Source: Treponemataceae bacterium | Lineage (GTDB): Bacteria > Spirochaetota > Spirochaetia > Treponematales > Rectinemataceae | Length of the DNA stretch: 64,000 nucleotides | NCBI GenBank assembly: GCA_963667725.2 | Contig: CAXXHO010000003.1 | Span: 512,001 to 576,000, forward strand | Reading direction: 5' to 3' | Part shown: positions 26,427-37,001 of the stretch, piece after piece | Layout of the letters: each line of letters begins with the position of its first letter | Position numbering within the stretch: the first letter of the stretch is position 1 | Notes under the pieces: model-generated | What the model was told of the DNA's origin: nothing | What the model saw: only the letters and a program-made list of their open reading frames with translations | The model's database searches: none | Translations under genes and position numbers: made by a program

Positions 26427-27344
26427 ATGGATTCCGGCAGAAGCATGCCCAGGATGAAGAACAATCTCCAGGCCAGGGAACAGAGGAGGGCCGCCGCGGT
26501 GATGATGACGCCGCTTCTCCTCACCCTGTTTTTCCTCTTCCTCCTGCCGGTGGCCTTCGTCGTCATGATGAGCTTCACCAACTGGAGCCTGACTACGCCG
26601 ACGCGAGCCTTCGTGGGACTGAAAAACTTCCTCTTCGTCCTCAAGGATGAGCGATTCTGGAAGGCGCTCGGCAACACGGTTTTCTATACGGCGATAAAGC
26701 TCGTGGCCGATACCGGCCTCGCTCTCTTTATAGCCACCCTCCTGGACAGGAAACTGCATCTGCGGCGCTTCTTCAGGATCGCGCATTTCGCGCCCGTCGT
26801 GGTTCCCATCACCGCCTCGAGCCTGATCTGGCTCTGGTTCTACGACCCCGGCATCGGCCCCCTCAATCAGATCCTCGTAAGCCTCGGCCTTCCGGCCATG
26901 CAATGGCTCTACAGCGAAAAGACGGCCTTGCTGTCGGTGATCCTGTTCTCCGTCTGGAAAGGATTGGGCTACAACGTCATCCTCTTCCTTGCCGGCCTCC
27001 AGAGCATCCCCGAATCCTATCTCGAGGCGGCGCGCATCGATGGAGCGAGCGAGAACCAGGTATTCTTCAAGATAAAACTGCCGCTTCTCGCGCCCGTCAC
27101 CTCCTTCGTGATCATGATGGGCGTCATCAACTGCCTGAAAGTCTTCACGGAGGTGGATGTGATGACACCCAATCACGGGCCTCTGGAATCGACGCTCCTC
27201 CTCGTCTCGTACATCTATGACCAGTCATTCACAAGAGGGAAGATGGGCCGCGGCGCCGCGACAGCCCTCCTTCTGTTCCTGCTCATATTTGGGTTCACCC
27301 TGCTGCAGAGAGCCTTCGGGCGTAAAAACGTAAGTTACGACTGA
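26427..27344 (+). CDS. Carbohydrate ABC transporter permease
   Basis: EAARIDGA EAA loop; multiple TM segments. Confidence 0.92.
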   Translation: MDSGRSMPRMKNNLQAREQRRAAAVMMTPLLLTLFFLFLLPVAFVVMMSFTNWSLTTPTRAFVGLKNFLFVLKDERFWKALGNTVFYTAIKLVADTGLALFIATLLDRKLHLRRFFRIAHFAPVVVPITASSLIWLWFYDPGIGPLNQILVSLGLPAMQWLYSEKTALLSVILFSVWKGLGYNVILFLAGLQSIPESYLEAARIDGASENQVFFKIKLPLLAPVTSFVIMMGVINCLKVFTEVDVMTPNHGPLESTLLLVSYIYDQSFTRGKMGRGAATALLLFLLIFGFTLLQRAFGRKNVSYD

Positions 27345-27355
27345 GGGAGGAAAGC

Positions 27356-28183
27356 ATGAACAAAAAAAAGCGCAAGCGCTATCCGGCCGTCTTCATATTT
27401 TTGACGCTGAGCTCCCTGCTCATGATTTTTCCCTTCGTATGGATGTTCCTGTCCTCTTTCAAGACCTCGGCCGATGTCTACAGCTACCCGCCCCAGTGGA
27501 TACCGAGCTCCTTCCAGCTGGGCAATTTCTTGGAAGTGTTCAAGAAGATTCCCTTCCTGAGATTCTACGCGAACAGCATCGTCATCGCCATCGTGCAGAC
27601 CTTCCTGCAGATCCTCATCTCGGCGATGGGCGCCTTCGCCCTAACGAAGCTGGAGTTTCCGGGTAGGAAAAAGATGTTCACCTTCATGCAGAGCAGCATG
27701 TATGTCCCCGAAGTGGTGACGATGATACCGCTCTTTCTCCTCGCTTCCTGGGCGGGACTGGTGGACACCTACGCGGGACTCATCCTGGGAGGCCTCATCT
27801 GCGCCTTCACGACGATACTCCTCATGTCCTTCTTCGAGATCATACCGAACGACCTCCTGGACGCGGCCAAGATCGACGGCTGCGGCTATTACAGGATTTT
27901 CCTGCAGGTGGTCATACCCAACTCCCGGACCGCCATCGGGACGGCGTCTCTCTTCGCCTTCCTCACCCACTGGCGGAGCTACATGTGGCCGTTGATCATC
28001 ACGAACAACGTGAAGCTGAGAACGCTGCCTATCGGACTGAAATACCTGGTCCAGGAGACCTCCTCCGAATACCAGGTTCTCATGGCCGCCTCTCTCATGG
28101 CGATAATACCTGTGCTTCTGGTGTACATGCTGATGGAAAAGGAGTTCGTGCAGTCCATAACGCTGACCGGACTCAAGTCATAG
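27356..28183 (+). CDS. Carbohydrate ABC transporter permease
   Basis: DAAKIDGC EAA loop; TM segments. Confidence 0.92.
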   Translation: MNKKKRKRYPAVFIFLTLSSLLMIFPFVWMFLSSFKTSADVYSYPPQWIPSSFQLGNFLEVFKKIPFLRFYANSIVIAIVQTFLQILISAMGAFALTKLEFPGRKKMFTFMQSSMYVPEVVTMIPLFLLASWAGLVDTYAGLILGGLICAFTTILLMSFFEIIPNDLLDAAKIDGCGYYRIFLQVVIPNSRTAIGTASLFAFLTHWRSYMWPLIITNNVKLRTLPIGLKYLVQETSSEYQVLMAASLMAIIPVLLVYMLMEKEFVQSITLTGLKS

Positions 28184-28250
28184 CTCGAGATACGGAGCCG
28201 ACCTGCGCGCGGCTCGATACGGGAAGGATAGCCTTCCAGGAGGTAGGGGA

Positions 28251-29495
28251 ATGAAACGAACGGTATTGGTTTTGGCTGCTCTGCTCGCCCTATGCGCGGC
28301 GGTGATCCCCGTCGCGGCCCAGACGAAGCTCAAGGTTTGGTACGCCATTTCGGGGGATTCGGGCGAAGCGTTCAAGGCGATGCTGGAAAAATACGACGCG
28401 GCGAACGACGATGTAGCGCTCGAGTATTCCTATTCGGGCAACTACGGCGACACGGCCACGAAGGTCAGCGCCGCCCTCGTCTCCAACACGGCCCCCGACG
28501 TCGCTCTGATGGCGGCGGGACCGCTCTACACGGGCGCCCGCAATGATTTCTTCATCGAAGAGAAAATCAACGAACCCGATTTCCAGAAGAACGACATCTA
28601 TCCCGGCGTATGGGACTATGCCAAATTCAACGGCAGGGTCTGCGCGGTTCCCTACGGCATCTCCACGCCGGTTCTCTACTACAACAAGGCCGTCATCGAA
28701 AAGGCAGGAATCAGCCTCAAGAATCCACCCAAGACATGGGCTGAATTCGCCCAGGTCGCCAAGACCGCCCAGGCCAAGGGCAATATCAACGGCGGCGCCG
28801 ATTTCTGGGGTTTCGATGTCACGGATGTGGGCTGGCTCTTCAAGACAATGCTCAACCAGAACGGGAACGGCGTCATCTCGGTGAAAGGCGGCAAGATCAC
28901 GCCCGCCTTCAACGATGAAAAAGCCGTCGAGGTGGCGACCTTCTGGGAAAAACTCACGGCCGATAAGCTGATGGCCGTCGGGCAGCATTCCAACGCCGAG
29001 AAGAAGTTCCTCGCCGGGAACCTGGCTTTCCTCGTGGCCACGTCGGCCAGAGTAGCCCGTTGGTCGGCCGACCCCGCGCTGAAGATCGGCGCCATTCCGA
29101 TGCCCTATTTCCAGAAACCCTCGGTAGCCCTGGGCGGCAACGTCCTCATCATCCTCAGCAAAGATCAGAAGATGAAGGAAGCTTCCTGGAAGCTCGTGAA
29201 GTACCTCGCCAGCAAGGAAAACCAGACCGCCTTCGCCTTGAAGACCGGCTATCTGCCGATACGCAAATCCGGCCTCACCCTTCCCGCTGCCGCGGCTGCG
29301 GTGGAAAAGAACGCGATGTTCTCGGTCGCCTTCGATCAGCTCGACAACAGCTGGTCATACTGGCACTTCGACCAGATGGGGACCATGGACCAGATCCTGG
29401 CGCAGACGATCGACACCATCGAGCGAAAGGTCCGCGATCCGAAAGCGGCGCTCGAGAAAGCAGCGGCTGAACTCCAGACCGAAATCGACGGCTGA
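28251..29495 (+). CDS. ABC transporter substrate-binding protein (UgpB-like)
   Basis: Signal peptide; STPVLYYNK; PPKTW; TGYLP. Confidence 0.9.
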   Translation: MKRTVLVLAALLALCAAVIPVAAQTKLKVWYAISGDSGEAFKAMLEKYDAANDDVALEYSYSGNYGDTATKVSAALVSNTAPDVALMAAGPLYTGARNDFFIEEKINEPDFQKNDIYPGVWDYAKFNGRVCAVPYGISTPVLYYNKAVIEKAGISLKNPPKTWAEFAQVAKTAQAKGNINGGADFWGFDVTDVGWLFKTMLNQNGNGVISVKGGKITPAFNDEKAVEVATFWEKLTADKLMAVGQHSNAEKKFLAGNLAFLVATSARVARWSADPALKIGAIPMPYFQKPSVALGGNVLIILSKDQKMKEASWKLVKYLASKENQTAFALKTGYLPIRKSGLTLPAAAAAVEKNAMFSVAFDQLDNSWSYWHFDQMGTMDQILAQTIDTIERKVRDPKAALEKAAAELQTEIDG

Positions 29496-29499
29496 TTCG

Positions 29500-30288
29500 A
29501 TGAACAAGTATTCCTTTTCCACGGCCGCGCTCTATCCGAGAAGCGCGGCCGAGAGCCTGCGCCTCATCCGGGGCGCGGGTTTCTCGCACGCCGAGCTGAT
29601 GCCCCAGTGCTTTTCCGAGGCTCGCGAGAGCTTCGCCCTGGACGCCGAGAAGTGCGGGATACATGTCGCCTCCATCCACTATCCCCTCGCCATGTTCTCC
29701 ATGCTCTACAACGCGGGGGAGGGCATGGCAGCCGAGGCGCGGAGCTTCGGAAACGGACTCGTGCGGCTCTGTTCTCGCCTCGGGGCCGAGGTCCTCGTCG
29801 TCCATCCCCATGAGCCGCAGAAAGATCCCGCGCTCCGGCTCCTCCTCGAGGAACCGATACGGCGGAATCTCCAGTTGCTGGGCGAAGCCTGCGAAAAGGC
29901 GGGCCTTACGCTCGCGATAGAGAACAACCCCAAGGGGCCGGGCAGGACACCCTCCGGCCTGCTTTCCTATATCGCCTCCCTGGAAGCGGGACCGGCGGCC
30001 TGGCCGATGGTGGATACCACCGAAGCCTGCGAGGCGGAGGAAGATCCCGCGGCCTTCATCTCGGCGGTGAAACCGCGGCACATGCATTTAAGCGACCACG
30101 CTGGCGACAAGAAGCATATTCCCGCCGGCGAAGGGGAGAACGATTGGGCCGCGATCAAGAAAGCCCTCGCGGGCTATGAAGGCTACTACACGCTCGAACC
30201 CCTCTATCGCTTCTATATCGACGAGCCGGAGAAAAAGCTCGCGAAGGCATACGACTTCATCGCCGGGCTCATGGAGGCCAACGCATGA
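29500..30288 (+). CDS. Sugar phosphate isomerase/epimerase (xylose isomerase-like TIM barrel)
   Basis: LAIEN, DT, HMHLSD, HIPAGEG, TLE. Confidence 0.85.
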   Translation: MNKYSFSTAALYPRSAAESLRLIRGAGFSHAELMPQCFSEARESFALDAEKCGIHVASIHYPLAMFSMLYNAGEGMAAEARSFGNGLVRLCSRLGAEVLVVHPHEPQKDPALRLLLEEPIRRNLQLLGEACEKAGLTLAIENNPKGPGRTPSGLLSYIASLEAGPAAWPMVDTTEACEAEEDPAAFISAVKPRHMHLSDHAGDKKHIPAGEGENDWAAIKKALAGYEGYYTLEPLYRFYIDEPEKKLAKAYDFIAGLMEANA

Positions 30289-31298
30289 GCGAAGGCGCGT
30301 ATCCCGCTGCCAGCCTCCGGTCCATGCTCGAGGCTTTTGCTGTGGGAGATGCCTTGGGCATGGCCACCGAATTCATGACGCGGCAGGAGATTCGCGATCG
30401 TTTCGGCTTTGTGGAGGGGCTGGTCGCGCCGGAACTGTCGAAAAACCACGGCGATCTGCGCAGAGGCCAGGTTACCGATGACACGGAACAGGTTCTGGCC
30501 CTCCTGGACGAATACCTCGTCCGCGGGAGGATAGACCCGCGCGAGACGGCCGAAAGGCTCCTGCGCTGGGTGAGGGAGAGCGGCGCCATCGAAAAGCGCT
30601 ACATCGGGCCCAGCTCGAAGGCCGCCCTCCTGGCGATATCAGGCGGGGCTGATCCCGCCGTCACGGGGCTCGGCGGAACCACCTGCGGGGGCGTGATGCG
30701 CAGCCCCGCCGCCATCCTCTTCGCGCTTTGCGCCGGACTACCCCTCGAAAAAAGCGTCCATGACTGCCTTTTGCCCACGCATAATACGAGGCCAGCCCTG
30801 GAAGCGGCCACAGCCTGCGCCTACGCGTTGAGGGAAGCTCTCAGCGGCGGGGATATACCGGAAATCATGGCGGCCGCCGGCATGGGGGCTGTGGCGGGGG
30901 CCGCCCTCGCTCCCTGGAATACCTGCGGTCCGTCGCTGCTGGCTCGACTGGAGCATTTCGCGGCGGCCGAACCCGGATTCGCGAGTCCCGACGATGCCCT
31001 GGATTTCCTCTACTATGTGTACGGAACGGGACTGGAATCCGTCGACGTGGCTTCCGCGGCCCTCTGCGTCTTTTCCCGCGCGCCTCAGGATACATGGCTC
31101 TGCCTGCGGATGGGCGCTTCCGTAGGAGGCGACACCGACACCATAGCGGCTCTGGCGGGCATGCTCTCGGCGGCCTATCTTTCGGCCCGCGGGAAAAGCC
31201 ACAATATCCCTGTTGAGGCTTTGGACGACGTGATGGAATGCAACGGGCTGGATCTCGTTTCCCTGACCGACAGGCTCGTGGTGGTCGATGAGCGCTAA
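30285..31298 (+). CDS. ADP-ribosylglycohydrolase family protein
   Basis: GDALG, TDDTEQ, GGDTDTIAA. Confidence 0.92.
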   Translation: MSEGAYPAASLRSMLEAFAVGDALGMATEFMTRQEIRDRFGFVEGLVAPELSKNHGDLRRGQVTDDTEQVLALLDEYLVRGRIDPRETAERLLRWVRESGAIEKRYIGPSSKAALLAISGGADPAVTGLGGTTCGGVMRSPAAILFALCAGLPLEKSVHDCLLPTHNTRPALEAATACAYALREALSGGDIPEIMAAAGMGAVAGAALAPWNTCGPSLLARLEHFAAAEPGFASPDDALDFLYYVYGTGLESVDVASAALCVFSRAPQDTWLCLRMGASVGGDTDTIAALAGMLSAAYLSARGKSHNIPVEALDDVMECNGLDLVSLTDRLVVVDER

Positions 31299-32595
31299 AA
31301 GAAAGGTTCTCCATAAAAACGCGTTCGCCTGCCTCGTCTTTCTTCCCTTCTGGGGCGTTTCCTATTCCTTGAGCTTTTTCTACCTTGGCCTCTACTTCAG
31401 GGAATTCGGCGTGAGCGACGCCCAGCTGGGTCTTCTCGTGACGGCCGGCGCAGGCGCTTCCATCGTCTTCTCCTTTCTCGCCGCGCCCATCGTGAACAGA
31501 TTGGGCCGTAGGAGAGCCACGCTCATTTTTGACCTCCTGGGCACGGCCCTGCCTTTCCTCATCTACGCGCTGCATGGAAGCTTCGTTTTCGCCCTGGCGG
31601 GCACGATTCTTTCCAACGCGAGCAGAGTGACGAATATCGGCTATTACCTTCTGATGACAGAGGATTCGGGAAACGGGGAAAGAGCGGACGCGTTCAACAT
31701 TTTCAACATAATCATCATCGCTTCGGGGCTTTTCGTGCCCGTGGCGGGAAGTTTTGTCGCGCGCGCCGGTCTGGTGCGGGCCGAACGCGTTTTCCTTTTC
31801 GTGTCGGCCGCGGTGATCGCCGGGGCGGCCTTCGGCCGAAATCATTTCGCCGTCGAAACGGCCGCGGGCAAGGCTATGATCGAGAAAACCAAGATCGGGA
31901 AGGGTAAGATCGGGAAGGGTCGCGCTGCGATACTGGGCTCCTATGAGGCCGCCCTGCGCTTCATCCGCGCGGACAGGGCTGCGGCGGCCGCCGTCGCCGC
32001 GAACGTGCTTTTCTATGTGTACTATCTCGTGGGCACCAATAGCAGCCTCTATTTCGCTCCGTTTTTCGCCGACGCCCTCGGCATGGACGCGTCGCTGGTG
32101 AGTATCGTCGGGGCTCTGTATTCAGGCGGCACGCTCTTCGCGATGCTCTTCCTCAATCCGCCCCTGTTCCGGCGCCTGGGACCGGCGCGATGCACGGTTT
32201 TCGGCGCCGCGCTCAATATGGCCGGATTCATTCCTCTGGTTTTCCTGCGGCGCGCGGCGCCCGTCTGGGTCATGGGGGCCGTTCTGGTCTCATCGGTCGG
32301 GTTCGGGATGCTCAAGTCAGCCATCGACGCGGCGCTCGCGACCTGCTCCGGCGACATCTCTTCAGGGGAGGGCTTGTCGGCCGGCGAGGAGGCGAGGGCG
32401 GGCATCTATTCCATCGCGAACCTCGCCTCTTCCGCGCTCGGCATGGGGGCGGGAGCGCTCTGCAGCCTCTTCTATCCTTCCCTGCCGCGGTTCATACCCT
32501 TGATTTCAATCGCGATTCTGGCCCTCATCGCCGGACTGCTCCTGCGGGCGAATCGCCCTGCTTCTCAATCCGCCTTTTCCCGCCGGATGTCATAG
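31288..32595 (+). CDS. MFS transporter
   Basis: ~12 TM; NRLGRRR motif A. Confidence 0.85.
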   Translation: MSAKRKVLHKNAFACLVFLPFWGVSYSLSFFYLGLYFREFGVSDAQLGLLVTAGAGASIVFSFLAAPIVNRLGRRRATLIFDLLGTALPFLIYALHGSFVFALAGTILSNASRVTNIGYYLLMTEDSGNGERADAFNIFNIIIIASGLFVPVAGSFVARAGLVRAERVFLFVSAAVIAGAAFGRNHFAVETAAGKAMIEKTKIGKGKIGKGRAAILGSYEAALRFIRADRAAAAAVAANVLFYVYYLVGTNSSLYFAPFFADALGMDASLVSIVGALYSGGTLFAMLFLNPPLFRRLGPARCTVFGAALNMAGFIPLVFLRRAAPVWVMGAVLVSSVGFGMLKSAIDAALATCSGDISSGEGLSAGEEARAGIYSIANLASSALGMGAGALCSLFYPSLPRFIPLISIAILALIAGLLLRANRPASQSAFSRRMS

Positions 32596-34784
32596 AGTTC
32601 CAGTTGGGGTTTCTCCTCACCATTCCATTTGTTGAGCGTCACCTTGAAGAGCAGATCGACGCGGTCTTTCGCCTTGAAGGAAAAATCCCTCTCCAGGCGC
32701 TCGGCGCCGTCCCAGAGAAGGGCCGGCCATTTGTAGCTGCCGAAGTCGAGGGTGAGCTTGAGGTGGCTCTTGGCCGATTTGCCCACGACCTGGGCGTCCA
32801 CCATCGGAACGCCGCGGGCGAGGAAGACGAGAGGGCGGTTTTCCTCCCCGAAGGGTTCGAAACGCGAATAGACCTTCTGGAGCTCGGGGCGCAGGTAGCT
32901 GTGGGGCAGTTCCGCGTCGACGGTGATGGTCTCCTCGGCGCTCGCCATTTCGGCGGCCTTGAGATGGGACGAGGCGATCGAAACGAAGGATTCCCAGTTT
33001 TCAGGCGGCATGGAGAAACCGGCGGCCGCGTCGTGCCCGCCATAGTCGATGAAAAGATCGGCGCAGGCGGCGAGAAGGCCCGATATCCTGAAATTGTTGG
33101 CCGTGCGGACTGACCCGACGACGCTACCGTCTTCCTTGAAGGCCGCGACTATGGCGGGCACCTTGAAGGTGCCTACCATGCGGGAGGCGAGAAGACCCGT
33201 GATGCCGGGCTTCACGAGAGGCGACCCCACGAGGATGAAGCGGCTGTCGTTCTTCTCGAAGCTTTCGCGCGCCAGCGGATAGACCGCTTCCCAGGTGTCC
33301 GAGCCCATCTTCTTGCGCTCGTTGTTCGCCTGGATGATGTCCTCGACGGCCTTCGTTCTGGCGGCCGGGTCGTCGGAGATGAGGAGGTCGAGGGCAATGT
33401 CGGGCTTTCCTATTCTTCCCGCGGCATTCAGGAGGGGCGTGACCTGCCAGGCGATTTCCGTTGAACTCAGGCCTTTGCCGAGCCCCTGGGCCTGGAGAAG
33501 TTCCCTCAGGCCCTTGCGCGGCGTCGAAGCTATCGCTTCGACGCCGCGCTTCACGATGATCCTGTTCTCGTCGCGGAGCGGCATGAGATCGGCTATTGTA
33601 CCGAGCGCGGCGAGCTGGATCAGCGCCTCTCCTTCCTCGGACTGGGAACCCAGCCTGCGTTGGGCAAGGACGGTGAAAAGCGTCTTCAGGACATCGATGT
33701 CGCCCGTTTCGGAGGAAGAATAGCGGGCAATCCTCAGGACCGATTTAAGCTCGGAGAGTGACTTCCCCGCGAAGTGCGGAAACAAGGCCGTGATCTCGTC
33801 GGCGATGTCGTAGCTTTCGATATCCACGTTGGGCCCGAAAATCCCGCGCGAGACGCGGTTCTGGATCGCCTTCTGCCAGACGAAAATCGAGCGTCCCTGG
33901 AGGAAGCGGGCGATTTTTTCGAGGACGGCCGAAGTCCTGGGTGATCCTTCCTCCAGCGTCTCCGAGAAGCGAGCCGTCTCGATGAGATTGTGGAGCTTCA
34001 CGATTTCGATCTTGTAGCGCCTGACCTCGCTGTCGAGATCGCCGGCGCCTTCTTCCGGCTTGAAGGCGACGGTGCCCTCGGCCGCCTGGGTCCGGCCGGC
34101 CGGAATCGTCGCGTTCGTGATGGAGAGAAGGGCCACGGACTGCTTGTAAAGACCGGTTCTCGCGAATGAAAGAGCTCTCGCGACCTTATAGGCGACGCCG
34201 GCCCCCGCGAGATCGCGGAAGGGATAGCCGCAGCCTTCGATTTTAGGATCGATGACGGCCACCGCTTCGGGCGGAAAATCGGCCTGAAGCTTGTGGTGGT
34301 CGCAGATTATGACGTCGACGCCCAGTTCGGCGGCGTGGGTTACTTCCTTGTGATTCGAGATGCCGCAGTCGACCGTGATGATGAGACTTCCGCCTTCCCT
34401 GGCGAAATCGTCGACCGCGGCCATAGAGAGACCATAAGCCTCTTCGCCTCGCGGCACGCGCCAGGTCGCGGTAATGCCCATCGAAGCGAGGGTCTCGACC
34501 ATAAGCGTTGTCGCGGTCACGCCGTCCGTATCGCTGTCTCCGAACACCATCACTTTTTCGCCCTCGTCGGCGGCGAGAAGTATCCTGTCGACGGCGTCCT
34601 CCATGGATTCGAAGAGAAAGGGATTGTGGAGGAAGCGCGGATCGTTCTCGAGGAAATAGAGCACCTGCTCGGGGCTCGTCACCTTCCTGCGGGCAAGGAT
34701 CGACGCGGTGAGCGTATCAATTTCGTAGCTGCGCGCCATGGACCTCACAAGCCCGGCGTCCAGGTCATCTTTTATCCATCTCAT
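32565..34784 (-). CDS. recJ: ssDNA-specific exonuclease RecJ with internal insertion
   Basis: GDSDTDG, TVDCG, DHH, LGTIAD, LNAAGR, GGH; likely start MRWIKDD. Confidence 0.92.
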   Translation of the reverse strand: MRWIKDDLDAGLVRSMARSYEIDTLTASILARRKVTSPEQVLYFLENDPRFLHNPFLFESMEDAVDRILLAADEGEKVMVFGDSDTDGVTATTLMVETLASMGITATWRVPRGEEAYGLSMAAVDDFAREGGSLIITVDCGISNHKEVTHAAELGVDVIICDHHKLQADFPPEAVAVIDPKIEGCGYPFRDLAGAGVAYKVARALSFARTGLYKQSVALLSITNATIPAGRTQAAEGTVAFKPEEGAGDLDSEVRRYKIEIVKLHNLIETARFSETLEEGSPRTSAVLEKIARFLQGRSIFVWQKAIQNRVSRGIFGPNVDIESYDIADEITALFPHFAGKSLSELKSVLRIARYSSSETGDIDVLKTLFTVLAQRRLGSQSEEGEALIQLAALGTIADLMPLRDENRIIVKRGVEAIASTPRKGLRELLQAQGLGKGLSSTEIAWQVTPLLNAAGRIGKPDIALDLLISDDPAARTKAVEDIIQANNERKKMGSDTWEAVYPLARESFEKNDSRFILVGSPLVKPGITGLLASRMVGTFKVPAIVAAFKEDGSVVGSVRTANNFRISGLLAACADLFIDYGGHDAAAGFSMPPENWESFVSIASSHLKAAEMASAEETITVDAELPHSYLRPELQKVYSRFEPFGEENRPLVFLARGVPMVDAQVVGKSAKSHLKLTLDFGSYKWPALLWDGAERLERDFSFKAKDRVDLLFKVTLNKWNGEEKPQLELYDIRREKAD

Positions 34785-36091
34785 GAAGCTGATAATTCCT
34801 CCAGTATCAAGGGCGAAGAAACGGGAGCCTCCGGCGAGACCCGAAGCGCCTCGCGGGCCAGGCCCAAGGCCGGCTCCAGGCAGGCTTCGTCCTTTCCGAA
34901 AATGCTTGCCACGAGATCGCCTCGCGTCACGCGATCGCCTTTCTTGCGTTCGAATATGAAACCGACGTCGGGGCTTACCTTGTCGTCTGTTGTATTTCTT
35001 CCCACGCCGAGATGGACGCCGGCGATTCCAATCTTCCAGGCGTCTATGGAAGCGATATAGCCGTTTTCGGGAGCCCTGAGTTCGGCGCTGTACGGCGAGC
35101 GGCATCGGCCTCGAAGCGAAGCGAGCCTGGCGGGATCGCCGCCCTGCCTCGCGATGTTGGCGAGGAAAAGTTCCATGGCCCTTCCCGATTCTACGGCGCG
35201 CGCGCAGGTCGCCTCTCCCTCGGCCACCGAACCGGCTTTGCCGGAGGCGACGAGCATCCAGGCTCCCAGCCTGTAGACGAGTTCCATCACGTCGGCCGGC
35301 CCTATGCCTTCGAGGCAATCCATCGTTTCCTCGATTTCGAAGAAGTTGCCGACCGTCCTGCCCAGGGGCTCGGACATGTCGGTGATGAGGGCGACGACGC
35401 GCTTGCCCATGGCCGTCCCCGTTCGCACGAGGCTGGTCGCTAAAGCCTTGGCTTCGTCGAAGGTCTTCATGAAGGCGCCCGGACCCGATTTGACGTCGAA
35501 GACGAGGGCGTCGGCCCCTTCGGCCACTTTTTTTGAGAGTATAGAAGCGGTGATGAGGGGGATCGACTCGACCGTGGCCGTGACGTCGCGCAGAGCGTAC
35601 AGCCTCTTGTCGGCAGGCACGACGCGGGCCGTCTGCCCTGTCATCGCGAAACCGTCGGCCAGAATCCCCGAGCGGAAAGCGGCGAGATCCAGGCTGGTCC
35701 TGTAGCCCGGAATGGATTCAAGCTTGTCCAGCGTGCCGCCCGTGTGGCCGAGGGCGCGGCCCGACATCATCGGCACCTTGGCCCCGCATGCGGCCACGAT
35801 GGGCGCGAGGGGCAGGGAAATCTTGTCGCCCACGCCGCCCGTTGAATGCTTGTCGACGAAGGGGCCAGGGATTCCCGAAAGATCCATCCTGTCGCCCGAG
35901 CCGAGCATGGCGGAGGTGAGAGCGGCCGTCTCCGCCGCCGTCATCCCTTTGAAGAATATGGCCATAAGGAGGGCTGATATCTGGTATTCCGGAATTTCCG
36001 CGCTTACATATCCATCGATGATGAAGCCGATCTCCTCGTCCGAGAGCGCCAGACCTGAGCGTTTCTTCATGATTATATCCACGGCTCTCAT
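34781..36091 (-). CDS. pdp: Pyrimidine-nucleoside/thymidine phosphorylase
   Basis: DKHSTGGVGDK, SGRALGHTGGTLDKLE, ASILSKK. Confidence 0.95.
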   Translation of the reverse strand: MRAVDIIMKKRSGLALSDEEIGFIIDGYVSAEIPEYQISALLMAIFFKGMTAAETAALTSAMLGSGDRMDLSGIPGPFVDKHSTGGVGDKISLPLAPIVAACGAKVPMMSGRALGHTGGTLDKLESIPGYRTSLDLAAFRSGILADGFAMTGQTARVVPADKRLYALRDVTATVESIPLITASILSKKVAEGADALVFDVKSGPGAFMKTFDEAKALATSLVRTGTAMGKRVVALITDMSEPLGRTVGNFFEIEETMDCLEGIGPADVMELVYRLGAWMLVASGKAGSVAEGEATCARAVESGRAMELFLANIARQGGDPARLASLRGRCRSPYSAELRAPENGYIASIDAWKIGIAGVHLGVGRNTTDDKVSPDVGFIFERKKGDRVTRGDLVASIFGKDEACLEPALGLAREALRVSPEAPVSSPLILEELSAS

Positions 36092-36128
36092 GCGTTTTCC
36101 TTTCTGCTCACGGGCGGCCAAACCATGC

Positions 36129-36166
36129 GCGGGGACTCGCCATCAGGTCTGATGGCGAGTCCCCGC
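36129..36166. repeat. GC-rich perfect inverted repeat between recO and pdp
   Basis: GCGGGGACTCGCCATCAG-gt-CTGATGGCGAGTCCCCGC (18 bp stem). Confidence 0.75.
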
Positions 36167-36239
36167 CGCGCCGCGCATATATTCAACGTATCGGAACAGA
36201 TATTATACTTCAAGAACAGGCTCGGGATAAAGTCTCCGC

Positions 36240-37001
36240 TCACTGGGACATCAGCGTGAGAAGCGTCCCTTCCGCCGCCTTCTGCGAGATGTAGTAGATG
36301 ATCCCCTTCAGCGACGAAAGCGTCGCGTCATCGGCATGGAGGGCCGAACTCTCGGCGAGGCTGCCCCGCGAGAAACCAAGCAGGCAGTCCAGTTCGTCCG
36401 TTCCGAGAGGGAGTCCGTCACGGCCGCAGGAGTCGCAGACGAAACCGTCATGGGCCGCCGAATATTGAACTCCGGTAATGGCTTCCCTCGCGCCGCCGTC
36501 GTGAAAGGCCAGTTTTTTCCCGCAGCCGGCGCAGCGCTCAAGATCGGGGCGCAGGCCCATTATTTCCAGGATCTTCCAGAGATAGGCGAGGAGCGTCATG
36601 TCGGCCTTTTCGTCCTCTTCGTCGTTGAGAACCCTGAGGGCCTGGAGGGAAAGCTCCAATACTTCCGCGTATTCGCCGCCGCAGCCCGAGGTCTTGATGA
36701 TGAGCTCCGCTATCACGCTTGCCGACCAGAGCCTGGAATAGCTTTCGCGGAGCCTGGAGAATGATTCGATGATGGAAAGATCGCTCAGTTTCCTGTAATG
36801 CTTGACGGGATCGGCATAGATGAAGACTTTTGCGAATACGAAGGGCGAGGCTGAGGACCGCAGCGAGCTGCGCGGTCCTCCGAACACGAAGGCGTCGATG
36901 ATGCCGGCTTCGGCGCTCAGCATGCTTACGATCCTGTCCCCTGAGGGGCTCTCCTTCGAGCGGAGGAAGAGGGCTTCGAAGCTTTCGTTTCGGTCAGGCA
37001 T
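36240..37001 (-). CDS. recO: DNA repair protein RecO
   Basis: DRIVSMLS..G OB fold; GLRPDLERCAGCG and CDSC Zn finger. Confidence 0.88.
   Translation of the reverse strand: MPDRNESFEALFLRSKESPSGDRIVSMLSAEAGIIDAFVFGGPRSSLRSSASPFVFAKVFIYADPVKHYRKLSDLSIIESFSRLRESYSRLWSASVIAELIIKTSGCGGEYAEVLELSLQALRVLNDEEDEKADMTLLAYLWKILEIMGLRPDLERCAGCGKKLAFHDGGAREAITGVQYSAAHDGFVCDSCGRDGLPLGTDELDCLLGFSRGSLAESSALHADDATLSSLKGIIYYISQKAAEGTLLTLMSQ

Noticed and set aside
31890..31920. 15 bp tandem duplication (KIGKG twice) in the MFS gene, and GDS-type repeats near 25500-25560
   Set aside because: Short in-frame loop expansions with no sign of a functional repeat system.
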